A DNA stretch of 64,000 nucleotides, taken from the NCBI GenBank assembly GCA_943704425.1, contig CALSCP010001486.1, positions 6,957 through 70,956 on the forward strand, written 5' to 3'. The notes under the pieces were generated by a model that searched no databases, had not been told where the DNA came from, and worked only from the letters and a program-made list of their open reading frames with translations. Below are positions 39,299 to 50,714 of the stretch, one piece after another. A program made the position numbers and the translations under genes. This DNA comes from Ministeria vibrans ATCC 50519 (Eukaryota; Protista; Filasterea). Position 1 is the first letter of the stretch. Each line of letters opens with the position of its first letter.

Positions 39299-40531
39299 TC
39301 AATGATTGCGAGTAAAGTCAACACAGCGCGATGGGTCAGTGGGGTAGTGGCGTTGTGAGAAGGTCATGAGACGCTTCACCGCCTGAATGTACTTGCGTTG
39401 TGTCTCGTCATTCAAAACATGTGCCACATCCTAACACAGCAAAGAGACAGACAAAAAAAAGAAAGTGTAAAAAAACGAACACACGAAACACACAAACACA
39501 CGATGAGAGTTTGAGAGTTTAAGAGTTTGAGAGTTTGAGAGTTTGAGAGTTTGAGAGAGAGAGAGAGACGNNNNNNNNNNNNNNNNNNNNNNNNNNNNNN
39601 NNNNNNNNNNNNNNNNNNNNNNNNNNNNNNNNNNNNNNNNNNNNNNNNNNNNNNNNNNNNNNNNNNNNNNNNNNNNNNNNNNNNNNNNNNNNNNNNNNNN
39701 NNNNNNNNNNNNNNNNNNNNNNNNNNNNNNNNNNNNNNNNNNNNNNNNNNNNNNNNNNNNNNNNNNNNNNNNNNNNNNNNNNNNNNNNNNNNNNNNNNNN
39801 NNNNNNNNNNNNNNNNNNNNNNNNNNNNNNNNNNNNNNNNNNNNNNNNNNNNNNNNNNNNNGTGTGAGTGTGAGTGTGAGTGAGTGTGAGTGAGTGCGTG
39901 CGTGTCAATAATAATAATATTTACTCTCTTTTTGAGCATTCGCGTTAGTGGTTTGATGTTGGCGCACGTCTGTTTGTACGTTGCCATCTCTGTGCGGTAG
40001 TGTTGCGTCTGCCGTTGTTCCATGGGCCGTTGAAGAATCTCTCGCTCGCGCAGTGCAAGCAAGAACCGCAGGTAGTCTAGTACAAAGTCAGCGTCGGCTG
40101 CGTCGCTGCGTGCCTGGCCCGTCTTCATGTCGCGAGCGCGTCGTTGAAACGCACTCAACTTGCGTTGCTCTTCCTCGACCGACATCGTCTTGGCCTCTTC
40201 TGCACGCGTTGCCTCTCCGTCGTCATTTCCGCCTTGCTTCAACAGCCGATTCAGGTGCTCTTGGTCCACCTTGTCCATCGCTTCCATAAATTCATTTCGC
40301 AAACCCTACAGCGGACGTCAGAGCATAAAGAGAAATGACATGTCCGATGTTCGTCCTACTCTATTCACTTCGGGCTGAGAGATTTCTAACTGTCGCAACC
40401 GTTCGGCACGGTCATCATCCGCTTCGCCAAACAAACGAATGGGTTCACCACGTTCGCGCAGTCGTCGAATCACTTCATTTGCCGGCACTTGCTTTCGTCC
40501 TGCAGAACAGTCGATTCAGAAATGAGAGAGA

Positions 40532-40609
<78 letters not shown>

Positions 40610-41011
40610 GGAGAAAGTAACAAAGTGATAGAGAGAGAGTTTGCGTGTGTGTGCATATGTGTATGTATGCATGTGGGTGTGTATGTGTGATAGGGAGAGA
40701 GAGAGGGAGAGAGAAAGAAAGAGAGCCAAGAGAATTTTCGTTTCGTCGACGTCTCTCAGTTGTACTTTGCTCAAGTTCAAAAAGGTACCTGATAACAGCG
40801 TTTTCCCAGTTTCTGCACCAACTGCGGATCCTTCAGCGTGTCCTTGGCCAGACGAAGAAGCGTCTGCGCCCGTCACAGCCGAGGATGCGGCCGAATCACC
40901 GCTGACGGACCGTTGATCGAGTTCGCTACGTTTAAAGAAGCGTTTCTTCTCCGAGACAACGCCCTGTACCGAGTTGCGTTTTCGCTCTATCTCTGCCAGG
41001 AGGGCTTCCAT
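39299..41011 (-). CDS. PRPF18: Pre-mRNA splicing factor Prp18 (part of the gene lies in an assembly gap)
   Basis: [55 protein letters not shown] and [31 protein letters not shown]. Confidence 0.95.
39571..39861. other. Assembly gap (other gaps at 26954-26983, 37945-37951, 41913-42236 and 57391-57397)
   Basis: Runs of N, mostly flanked by simple repeats. Confidence 1.
40523..40605. repeat. (GA)n microsatellite in a PRPF18 intron
   Basis: Directly visible. Confidence 0.97.
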
Positions 41012-41560
41012 GGTTAAAAATCTATTTGAAAATTTTAGTTTTTTACTGAATTTTTTGGCTTTTGCCCGATCAATCGAAAGTTCACAAGTTTGACTATGGG
41101 CAAGGGGAGTAACCTCAATTACAACTGTACAAATGAAGTTGTGAACTATCCACAATAGTGACTCATTAGTGAGTGACAATTTTATTCAATGAATAACTCA
41201 ATTATTTACGTTCCAGCTCATTTCTTTCACTCTCAGTCGTCACACCGCAAACGCTGCCGGGTGTAGTGTTCTTGCGCCTCCGATAGAGCGATCCATTCAG
41301 TGCGGCAAGTCTCGCACGAAAGGAAGCAGAGTGTTGATTTGGGATATTGTATGGAGTTGCAGCGACATACAATGAGTTTCGTCACAAACGCTAATCCAGA
41401 GCGACTTTCCCCTCACTGACAATGTGACCAATGTTCTCTTTTAGACTTGACAGTATGAATTAATATTATACAAACACATAAAACAAATGCTCTTTCGCAG
41501 TGACTTGGACCGCAGATGGGAGGCAAGTCGCGACTCCACAAGAGTGCCGCGCGTGCTGTC

Positions 41561-42543
41561 TCAGACAGCCTCCACCACAAACAGATCGGGATCCTTGGTG
41601 TGGAACTTGCTTGTCTCAACCATGTGAGTTCGTGCAATGTCCTTCAACTACACCACACAACAGTCAGTGCGCAGACATGGTCAACACAAACAATATGTAA
41701 AAGTTGTCGCCCATCACTTCATCCACACACACACAATATGACTGTACAGTTGTTGTGCATCACTTCATCCACACACACACAATATGACTGTACAGTTGTT
41801 GTGCATCACTTCATCCACACACACACAATATGACTGTACAGTTGTTGTGCATCACTTCATCCACACACACACAATATGACTGTACAGTTGTTGTGCATCA
41901 CTTCATCCACACNNNNNNNNNNNNNNNNNNNNNNNNNNNNNNNNNNNNNNNNNNNNNNNNNNNNNNNNNNNNNNNNNNNNNNNNNNNNNNNNNNNNNNNN
42001 NNNNNNNNNNNNNNNNNNNNNNNNNNNNNNNNNNNNNNNNNNNNNNNNNNNNNNNNNNNNNNNNNNNNNNNNNNNNNNNNNNNNNNNNNNNNNNNNNNNN
42101 NNNNNNNNNNNNNNNNNNNNNNNNNNNNNNNNNNNNNNNNNNNNNNNNNNNNNNNNNNNNNNNNNNNNNNNNNNNNNNNNNNNNNNNNNNNNNNNNNNNN
42201 NNNNNNNNNNNNNNNNNNNNNNNNNNNNNNNNNNNNGCTCGTTAGGAATTGTTGCAGGTAAAATATGAGCATGTACTAGTTATAAAACGGAAAAGACTTC
42301 ATACTCTTCGAAAATTGCGCTTCTTCAGCTTTCTCGAGATGTACGCAAGCTCTAAAGACTTGTAGACCCTTCTGATAGCAAGCGAATAGCAGCTCTACAG
42401 ACAGGAGCGACGCAGTGAGCAACAGAATCCCTCTTTGCCCTTCCCCCGTCGATCCCCACCTTGGATCGGCCCCGGAATCCTTTAGCAAGCTGCATGATAA
42501 ACGCCTTTCTCGTCAACCGCGAAGAGGACTTGGCCAACGTCAT
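41561..42543 (-). CDS. MRPL20: Mitochondrial ribosomal protein L20 (bL20m); middle exon(s) in the gap, last exon tentative
   Basis: RKAFIMQLAKGFRGRSK|..CYSLAIRRVYKSL..AYISRKLKKRNFRR. Putative last exon LKDIARTHMVE..VEAV*. Confidence 0.85.
41712..41912. repeat. 46-bp perfect minisatellite, at least 4.3 copies, running into the gap
   Basis: Unit CATCACTTCATCCACACACACACAATATGACTGTACAGTTGTTGTG at 41712, 41758, 41804, 41850 and 41896. Confidence 0.95.
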
Positions 42544-42753
42544 GACTAGGTAGTTTTGAATAAATCTGAAACATGTGAAATAGCACATTGGTTGATCTTC
42601 TGGTGATCTTCTTGTGCCCAGAGGCCGCGTCGGCTGCCGTTCGGCACTTGGCACTACTTAAAGCTGAGTGACTAAAATCCAGAGGCTGAAGTTGGATTGT
42701 TTGAGTGTGGCATTGTGCCTTGAAGGAGAATTGAAGTGTGATTGAAACTGTCG

Positions 42754-43353
42754 ATGAAATATTTTTTCGATAATCAATTTAGAGTTCTTGGATTCTCTAT
42801 TTATTTTATTTATTGTGTCATCGTAGAAAAATTTACAGATGATGAGACCAAAGAGTGCGACCGATTGGGACCAACACTTAATACAGTACGCAGGTGTCTA
42901 TCATCAGCCGATGCTCAGTCCCGTGGTCTCGTGACGTTTAGGTCTCCAGTCGCTCCGCCACCTTTACCCAAAGACGACGCCAGCGACTCCTCTCCGCCTC
43001 CCCCTCCTGCGCGACACAACGCACGGCCAAAGTCCATGATGTTCATGCCTCGGACAAGCGCCCCCACCGCTGCGACGCCAGCACAGCCCGTCGTGGCTCC
43101 CAGAAAGTTTCCGCAACTGCGTCCCAAATCCACCATTGAGTTTTCCCCTCTGCCGTCCGTCCCGCCGCCGTCGACCCGCGCCGTCCAGCTGGTCGAGCTT
43201 GACCGTCGATTTGTGCCGTTAGATCGCTACCTCGTGGGCCATGACTGCACCACCACGTATCAGGGGGTTCTTGAGGAGCCGTCGGAAAAGGACGAGCGGC
43301 AGCGCGAACAGCGTCTCAGCCGTGGCGTCACCTGCTTAGACCCGTCATTCCAA

Positions 43354-43388
<35 letters not shown>

Positions 43389-44372
43389 CTATAACGACGG
43401 CATCACCGAGGGCTATCTTGAGCTGTCGGGCCCGCCTGTCTTCGTGCGGACTCTCACGTCGTCGGCAGCCACAGAAGAGGAGCGCGCCGTCTTCCGCAGC
43501 GAGTGCCTTCTCATGACACGCCTGCACCAGCGTCATCTTGTGCGACTCTTTGGAGTTTGTCTCAAAAGCGATCCGTGGATGCAAGTGATGGAGTACGCCG
43601 ACTACGGCGACCTGTGGACCTTTGTGGGGCGCGTGACGCGCGACGAAGAGGAGGCCGAGTCGGAGCGCAGCAGTGCCAGCGAGCGGATCGCGACAGTCGC
43701 CCAACTGGCAAACCTAGCGCACATGATCTGCTCGGGAATGGCGTACCTCGAGCGAAACCAGGCAGTGCACGGTGCGCTGATGCTCAAGCACTGTGTCCTC
43801 AGCGACAAGGGTATTGCTAAAGTGGGCCGTTTCGGTCTGCCGTGGACCGACCCGGCACAAGACAAAGGCACGCTAAACAGCTTTCAAGAGCACATTGAGC
43901 GCGAGCGATGGCTACCTGTCGAGCAAGGCGTCAGTGCCAAAGGGGACGTGTGGGCATTCGGTGTGACCCTCTGGGAGCTCTTTGCGCGCGCACACGTCCC
44001 GTACGCCGACACGCCCGTCGACCGTCTTCTGTATCTTGTGCGCGAGGGCCTGCGCCTGTCCCGCCCCCCAACCATGTCCCGCTCCATGTACACATTAGTC
44101 GCTTTGTCTTCTTATTGTGTTTCTGTGTCTAATTCTCTCCCTCTATTTTCCTCTGTAGTTATGAGCTGTTATGTGAGTGTTGGGCCCCCAAAATGATCCA
44201 ACGTCCAACTTTTGCGGATCTCTCGCATCGTCTTCAGGCGGTCATTGTAAGAACAAGTCAAGACACACATGTTAGAAGATTCACATGTTTGTTCATGTTT
44301 TTGTAGAAAGAAGTCAATCCAACCGCACTCGCGGAGCGGTTTGCGCACTTGCGTCTCTCTGCGTTGGAATGA
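42754..44372 (+). CDS. Tyrosine-kinase-fold pseudokinase with a Pro-rich N-terminus (start uncertain)
   Basis: FRSECLLMTRLHQRHLVRLFGVC, MEYADYGDL, ICSGMAYLE, DVWAFGVTLWELF..VPY and CWAPKMIQRPTF. Catalytic motifs are altered to VFVR, HGALMLKH and RFG. Confidence 0.85.
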
Positions 44373-44727
44373 GAGTCACTTCCCTCTGATCATCATAGAC
44401 AATCATAATAATAAAATTATTGTTATTTTTATAACTGTTATTGTTATCTTTACGTCTTAGCCAACTTGCATATACGCCCCGAGTGCTACGTAGACAGCCG
44501 TAGAGCAGCTTGTCAGAGTCGCTAAGCCCCCGCTAAGAGTATGGCGTATCTTTGCGCTTGCTACAATGGATAATGATTGCACTTTTGCTGTTGTTCTGGT
44601 GACTCCATCGTATTTGTTATGACTGTATTCTTCCACTTCTACTTCGAATTCAACATAAAAATATGATAAGAAAAATAAATTATTTTGATCAACTAGATTT
44701 ATTAACTTTTACACACTTTCTTTTATC

Positions 44728-46355
44728 ATGACTCGGATAACGCAGGAAACATTTGACCAAGTTGTCGAGGAGAACATCTCCGAGTTTGACATGGATGCTG
44801 ATGAGGTAGGCGAAAGACTCGAGAAATGGGATTTGTTTGTGTTGCCAAGTCACTATAGCAACGTGTCCCTCTTCTCCCGCTCTCTCTCTCTCGCTCCCTC
44901 TTCCCCCAGAAAAGAAATCACGTGTCTGCGTGCTGCACCAGTCGCCTGACACCATGTCCTGTCCCTCTCTTTTGTCGTTTTTGTTTTTTTCATTTGTCTC
45001 GTTAGGCTTGTCGCGACGCAGTGACACAGTTTGAAGCGCAGGGGGTCGATTTGAGCACGATCATTACGACGCCGCGGAGTGCCGATGGCCACGCCGACGA
45101 GAACGACGACTCCCAGGTGGTCGTTGGACTGCTGGACGAGCTGAAAGCGATCGATCCGGACGCGTTGGACGCAGACACAGCCAAAGGCTGGCTTAGCCAG
45201 ATTGACGCCGCGCTGTCGACCGAGCCCGACTCGAAATCGTGTCCGGTTGCCGCTGGACACGGCGGAGTCATTGCAGTTGTGGCACTCACCCACAAGTGCG
45301 ACACAGACGTGACCGTGGGACTGAATGTGTTGCAAAAATTGCTAACGGTCGCCGATGCACGCGATCAACTCGGTCCCGCCGGTGTCGCTGCCACTGTGGC
45401 CATGCTCGATGCGTTTCCCGACGACAACAGCACACTTGATGCTATCTTGCGTACGCTTATCATTGCGTGCACAACAAACGAGTTGAACAGGCAAAAAGCG
45501 GTCGTGTGTGGCCTGGTGGAGAAGCTGTTGGCGCTGCTCACGAGCACTGCAGTTGATGGACGCCGCCCGGTCATTGTGTCTACCATTGCCAACATGATGG
45601 CGACACTCACGTTGCAAGATGACAAGCGCGCAGCCGTGCCCCGTGGAAACGATCATGTGGCGGACATGGCAAAGGAAGGAGCGTTTGCTGCGCTGCTTGC
45701 CGTACTGGCACTTCCTGCAGTTGCCACAGACGCCCCCGAGGCCGCTGCGGTGCTGACCACCCTGGCGAGTTTGGCCATTCGCAATGACTATTGTCAAGAA
45801 CTTCTAGATGGAGGTGTATTTGAGCGGGTCTACGAGCTGGCGCGAGAGCACGCGAAGAGTGCTCCCGTTGCACGTGCTGTGTGTGTGTTGTTGCGTGCAC
45901 TGAGCGGTAACGATGCCTGCAAGAATGCCATGTGTCAGGGAGACGGTCTTGCTGTGGTACTATCCGTCGTGGAACAACATCAACGGGATGTGGTGGTGGT
46001 CGAGCAGGCTGTAGCTGCCCTGGCAACCATGGTCCTGCGCCAGCCAAGCAACGCCGCACGAGCTCACGCTGCGGGCGCCCATCGCGTCGTGCTCGCCTCA
46101 ATGAACGTCCACCCTGAACATGCTCTTACACAGCGCTGGGCATGCATGTTCCTGCGCAACCTGGTCGCGCGTAATCGTGACCTGGCTCCGTCCGTCCTTG
46201 AAGAGGGTGCCGAGCAGCTTGTCCGTCGCGCCCGTCGCGACCACCGACGCGTCTGTGAAGACGCCGCCAAAGCCGCCCTTCGTGACCTCAATCTTGACGT
46301 CAAGTTGGCCTGTCCTTTTGTAGGCAAGCAGGGCAGCCTTCTTCACGACGAGTGA
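44728..46355 (+). CDS. ARMC6: Armadillo repeat-containing protein 6
   Basis: RITQETFDQVVEENISEFDM|..AVTQFEAQGVDLSTI, LAIRNDYCQ, LRALSGND, ACMFLRNLVAR and AKAALRDL. Confidence 0.93.
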
Positions 46356-46375
46356 AATTTTTTTTGAGTAAAATT

Positions 46376-46416
<41 letters not shown>

Positions 46417-46553
46417 TATTATTATTATAGCCAAATAATCAACAATGATTACGACGAGTTACGACAAAATTCAAAAATGACCACAAAATGACAATAATAA
46501 ATTCTTTATATATACACATTCACCACAGCTCGGTCGTTGTAGATAATGCTCTT

Positions 46554-49500
46554 ATGTTGAAGGCCTTTGGAGCTCGGTGGGTTGCAGGCACCGTCGCCCG
46601 TGCTGCTCGTCGCGCATCGCCCCATCGCTTCCTTCACCCGTCGTTGCGCACGCCGAGCGCCAGCCACCGAGCCCAGAAGCACCATCGACGGTCGGGAGCC
46701 AGCGAGAAGCTACCTCGGTCCATTGATTATCGCGCATTGAGAGAGGTTGTGAAGCAACGATTCGACAGAGACTCGCCACCGTCTCCCGGCGATCTCCATC
46801 GCCTGGTCGCCATTGTGAACGCGGTCGCCATCGAAAAGACCAGCAACACCACTCTTGAGGCACGTCTGCTCATGGACGAGGTCTTCTTCTCGCTCCAGCG
46901 CGGTCGCTACTTTGTCTTCCCGACTGGCTCATCCGCATCTCTCTCGCTCGCTGTGTCCGCCATTGTCCGTAGCCAGCGTTACATCCGCTTCAACACCTTG
47001 CTCAACCACTCGCTCAAGCGCTTTGGCCAGCTCTACGAGAGCGGCGAAGGTTCTCTTGCTGACACACAGCTCATATACGCCGCGCTCGCTCGTCTCGTCA
47101 CCTCTCCCGACTTTCAACTGCGTCTATCACCCCCACCAGCCTTACCGCCGCCCCCGACGCAAACTATCGCAAACGAGCAAGAGTCGATTCCACCAGCACC
47201 AGCACCAGCACAAGCACAAGCAGCAGCAGCACCAACAACAACAGCATCATCATCATCATTATCATCATCATCATCTTCATCATCATCATCAGCAACAACA
47301 ACGACGTCAATCACACGACGGCCGTCGGATCCTCCATTGGCCAAGATAGAGGCGACCACTGACCGCGCCAACAAACTCTTGTTTATCCTTGAACACACGC
47401 GTGTGGATCCGGTCCTTCTCAGCAACGCCACAGCTTCAATACAGTCGGAAATCATCATTGCCATGGCTCGCACTCGCGTTCTCCTCCCCTCTTTCGCTGG
47501 CGAGATTCTTTCAGGACTGCTGTCACATTGGAGTCACAATCGCTCCCAAATCCTCAACAGCGCCTCTCTCATTCGTCTACTTCACTCACTGCGTGTTCTC
47601 TTGCCCTACCAGAGCCCCACCTACCATAGCAGTGCCACTGCTGCTGATGGTACAAGAGACGCACCGGCGAAACGCGCGACCCAACTCGCCGCATCGCTCA
47701 CCCACATACTGGCAACAGAGATTCTAGAGCAGCGAGAACACTTGCGCAACACCTCACTGGGTTGTCAGCTCGCGGGAGCTCTTGCGCGACTCTCGCAGGA
47801 GGCGCCAGCGGTTGCTTCTTCAGCGACTGTCGCGTACGCAGTGGCGCACCTCGTCAACCTACAAGTGCATATGCATGTTGACAATCACCGAGAGAACCAC
47901 CGCGACCACGTACGCGAACAGCAGTTGGACAATCTAAAGAAAGTGCTCTCTGCGACTCACTGGCTCAATCACCAGCTGGGCAGTCGACTGCAACAGGGCG
48001 TCTGGTCGGGCCGCCCGCTTGTCAACCGCTGGCGCGAGTGGCTGCCATCGGTGCTCTCGTGCCGCAACGTACAGCTGCGCGGGGACACACTCGCTGCCAG
48101 CTGCCTTGCCATGGAGTCACTTGCGCCTCCAGGTGTGGAGATTGAGGTGAGTCGTGGGAGCACTACTGCGCACCCGCACCACCACCCTCCTGGTCGTGGG
48201 GACATGATTAAGTATATGCTAGGCCATGAAGGCACGCAGAAGCAACTGCAATGCCCAGGTCAAGAACCGCTTTTTGTACAGATCTTCTGCTCTGGTGTTT
48301 GGTGCCAGAGCGACCTGTGGGGTCGACATGTACTCTTTGAAGGTGTACTTCAGCAACTAGCGCGCGGCTCACGCACACTGAGCGCACCTGGCGACATGGC
48401 ACGCCTCATCACAGGCTGTGCCGTCTGCCTCTCGCATCGAGAACGCTTCACTTCTGCCGCCTCGTCACCATCATCACCATCATCATTGCAAAGTGGCACC
48501 GGTCGCAGTGTGTACGAGCGCACCCTGGTGAATACCGTCGATGCACTCCTCAGTGTGTGTCCCACCATGAGCTACTCGGACACCCTGGCGGCCACCAGTG
48601 AGCTTAAGCGCTTTCTCTTGCGTGACACCATTGCCACATCGTCCCTTCGCGCACGCTCCCGTCGCCGTGCTCGCAAAGCAACGGCGTTTCCGTCGCGCCC
48701 TGACGACGAGAGCACACTCACAAACGAGCACCCCCGCGACACGGTGCTGCTCTCCCCAGATCTTGCACGACGTCTGGGCGTGCGTGTGCCTCCAGATACC
48801 ACCGCCCACGTCCCACTATCTCATTTGGCTCTTGTGCGCTGTCTCACCTGTACCCTTCTCGAGCGTGCCACTGTGCTTTTCCAGGGCCAGCCTCAACCCG
48901 CCTCCCAGTCCCGGCTGGCCCTGCTCCTCGCCTTTATCGGTCGCTCTGCCGGAACTGTTCTCACCGACGCCTTTTCCGCGCCCCTTTCCCACCCCTCCTA
49001 CATTGAATCTATTCATACCGAGCTGCAAAATGCTCGTGTGCGTCTGGAAACCCACGCAAAGCGACTGAGCCACGCACAGCATAAGGAAGACACTCCTGCA
49101 GCCCGCACACTGTCACCACCACCACCGCCGCCACCGCCTACTGAGACCCTACTATCCCTTCTGGTCCAAGTGTGGTCGCTTGCCTCCGTTGATCATCTCG
49201 TCCATGTGCCGTTACTCACGTCTCTTGTGCATCTCCACGGCGTCAAGGCGTTTCGCGGCCAGTCCGCCCGCATGCTTATTGACGTGCTCCAGCCGACCCA
49301 GGCGCTCTCGGACGAGTCTCTCGACGTCCTCATTTCCTCGAGCGAGTCCTTCACTCGCGCTCTCTTGGCACCTGCGTCTCTTCGCTACTCATTGCGTCAC
49401 GAGCTCTCGCGCCTCGAGAACGACGAACTCGCCCCCAAAAACTTTATTGTTCCCGGCACCACCTACAGCATTGATGCTGCCTTTCCGTCCTTCCGCGTTG

Positions 49501-49712
49501 CCTTCCTATTTCTCGGCCGCACACAGTGGGCAGTTGACGTGCCTCCGTCAGGCCAGGCAGTCGGTCACGGTCGCTTTCGCATTGGTGAGATCCTTCGCGC
49601 CGGTTGGTGTCCTGTCATTGTGCCCGTCGCCGAATTTGTCGATTCACCCAATCGACAGGCCTTGCTTGTGAAGCGTCTCAACATTGCACGAGCTCTGGCT
49701 AGTGGATCCTAA
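46554..49712 (+). CDS. Large intronless putative mitochondrial protein with a C-terminal RAP-like domain (FASTK-type)
   Basis: Arg-rich, acid-free N-terminus MLKAFGARWVAGTVARAARR and a helical body. The C-terminus YSIDAAF..RVAF..G..GHGRFR..ILRAGWCPVIVPVAEF resembles a RAP domain. Confidence 0.6.
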   Translation: MLKAFGARWVAGTVARAARRASPHRFLHPSLRTPSASHRAQKHHRRSGASEKLPRSIDYRALREVVKQRFDRDSPPSPGDLHRLVAIVNAVAIEKTSNTTLEARLLMDEVFFSLQRGRYFVFPTGSSASLSLAVSAIVRSQRYIRFNTLLNHSLKRFGQLYESGEGSLADTQLIYAALARLVTSPDFQLRLSPPPALPPPPTQTIANEQESIPPAPAPAQAQAAAAPTTTASSSSLSSSSSSSSSSATTTTSITRRPSDPPLAKIEATTDRANKLLFILEHTRVDPVLLSNATASIQSEIIIAMARTRVLLPSFAGEILSGLLSHWSHNRSQILNSASLIRLLHSLRVLLPYQSPTYHSSATAADGTRDAPAKRATQLAASLTHILATEILEQREHLRNTSLGCQLAGALARLSQEAPAVASSATVAYAVAHLVNLQVHMHVDNHRENHRDHVREQQLDNLKKVLSATHWLNHQLGSRLQQGVWSGRPLVNRWREWLPSVLSCRNVQLRGDTLAASCLAMESLAPPGVEIEVSRGSTTAHPHHHPPGRGDMIKYMLGHEGTQKQLQCPGQEPLFVQIFCSGVWCQSDLWGRHVLFEGVLQQLARGSRTLSAPGDMARLITGCAVCLSHRERFTSAASSPSSPSSLQSGTGRSVYERTLVNTVDALLSVCPTMSYSDTLAATSELKRFLLRDTIATSSLRARSRRRARKATAFPSRPDDESTLTNEHPRDTVLLSPDLARRLGVRVPPDTTAHVPLSHLALVRCLTCTLLERATVLFQGQPQPASQSRLALLLAFIGRSAGTVLTDAFSAPLSHPSYIESIHTELQNARVRLETHAKRLSHAQHKEDTPAARTLSPPPPPPPPTETLLSLLVQVWSLASVDHLVHVPLLTSLVHLHGVKAFRGQSARMLIDVLQPTQALSDESLDVLISSSESFTRALLAPASLRYSLRHELSRLENDELAPKNFIVPGTTYSIDAAFPSFRVAFLFLGRTQWAVDVPPSGQAVGHGRFRIGEILRAGWCPVIVPVAEFVDSPNRQALLVKRLNIARALASGS

Positions 49713-49864
49713 CTGAGGTGTATATCATTGTACAAAGCATCAGTCCTCAGATTCAGATAATTAATTAAATTTTACATTTTAGTCAATAAAATAAATAGTC
49801 ATGAAAATAAACATTCATTTTCACACACACATTTTACACCCATTTTTTCCGTTTTTGCCTCACA

Positions 49865-50669
49865 ATGGATCTCTTTCAAATCGCTGAGACAGGTCGATTG
49901 GACTTTCTGGAACAGTTGCTCAAGAACAAAAAGGAGCGCAAAAAACTTAACGACAGGTAAAAGAAAATGTGCGTTGGAGCATCGGAACTGAACCCCCCTC
50001 CGCGTGCTGCAGAGACCAGGAAGGCCACACGGCCCTTACACGAGCAGCCAAGGCTGGTATGTGCCGTTTTGTGGTTTCTTTCAATTTTCCCAAACGCAAA
50101 CCCCATTTTCACATTGAGAGGTCTGTCGCCCCGTCTCTCCTGGCCGGCCTTTTCACCCAGTATCATCATGCGATCCCGTGGTTGTTCACTCCCTTGACCG
50201 TTTCTTTTGTTACTTACTGTGAAAAAAATTGTTTGGGACTTTTTCTGTCCTCTTCCGCCTCCCCCCGTTCGATGGTATGCTGGGACCGAGCGTGTGAGGA
50301 GAGCCTGCGCACATTTGCTTTTGTTTGTCTCTTTTTTTATATTGTTTTGCAGTGCTCAACCCCACTTCTTTGTTGGGGGGATTGGGGCGACGCTGTCGCG
50401 GCCTAACCCTGCGTGTGGGGTTCTGTGGGGGGGTCTTGTTATGGGCGTGCAGGCTTGCACAGTCGTCGTTGCTGCATTCCAGCGCAGTGGGGTGTTGTGG
50501 TGGGGAGAGGGGGGGGGGAGGGAGGGGCGTTGCGACGCACACATAGTAACGCGCGCTGATCATGCGCTGTTGCCTTTGGATTGCAGGTCAGACGGAGGTA
50601 GTGAAAGTCCTCGTTGAGAACCACGTCGAGCTTAACACCCAGCTTCCCGATGGTACCAGACAGCGAGAC

Positions 50670-50714
<45 letters not shown>

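Noticed and set aside
41712-41912. 46-bp repeat array as a CRISPR-like array
   Set aside because: The units are identical and head-to-tail with no unique spacers. No cas genes are present, and the array lies in a eukaryotic intron.
42560-42660. Possible snRNA upstream of MRPL20
   Set aside because: There is no ACAGAGA box or Sm site in the expected context. It is better explained as 5' UTR or promoter.
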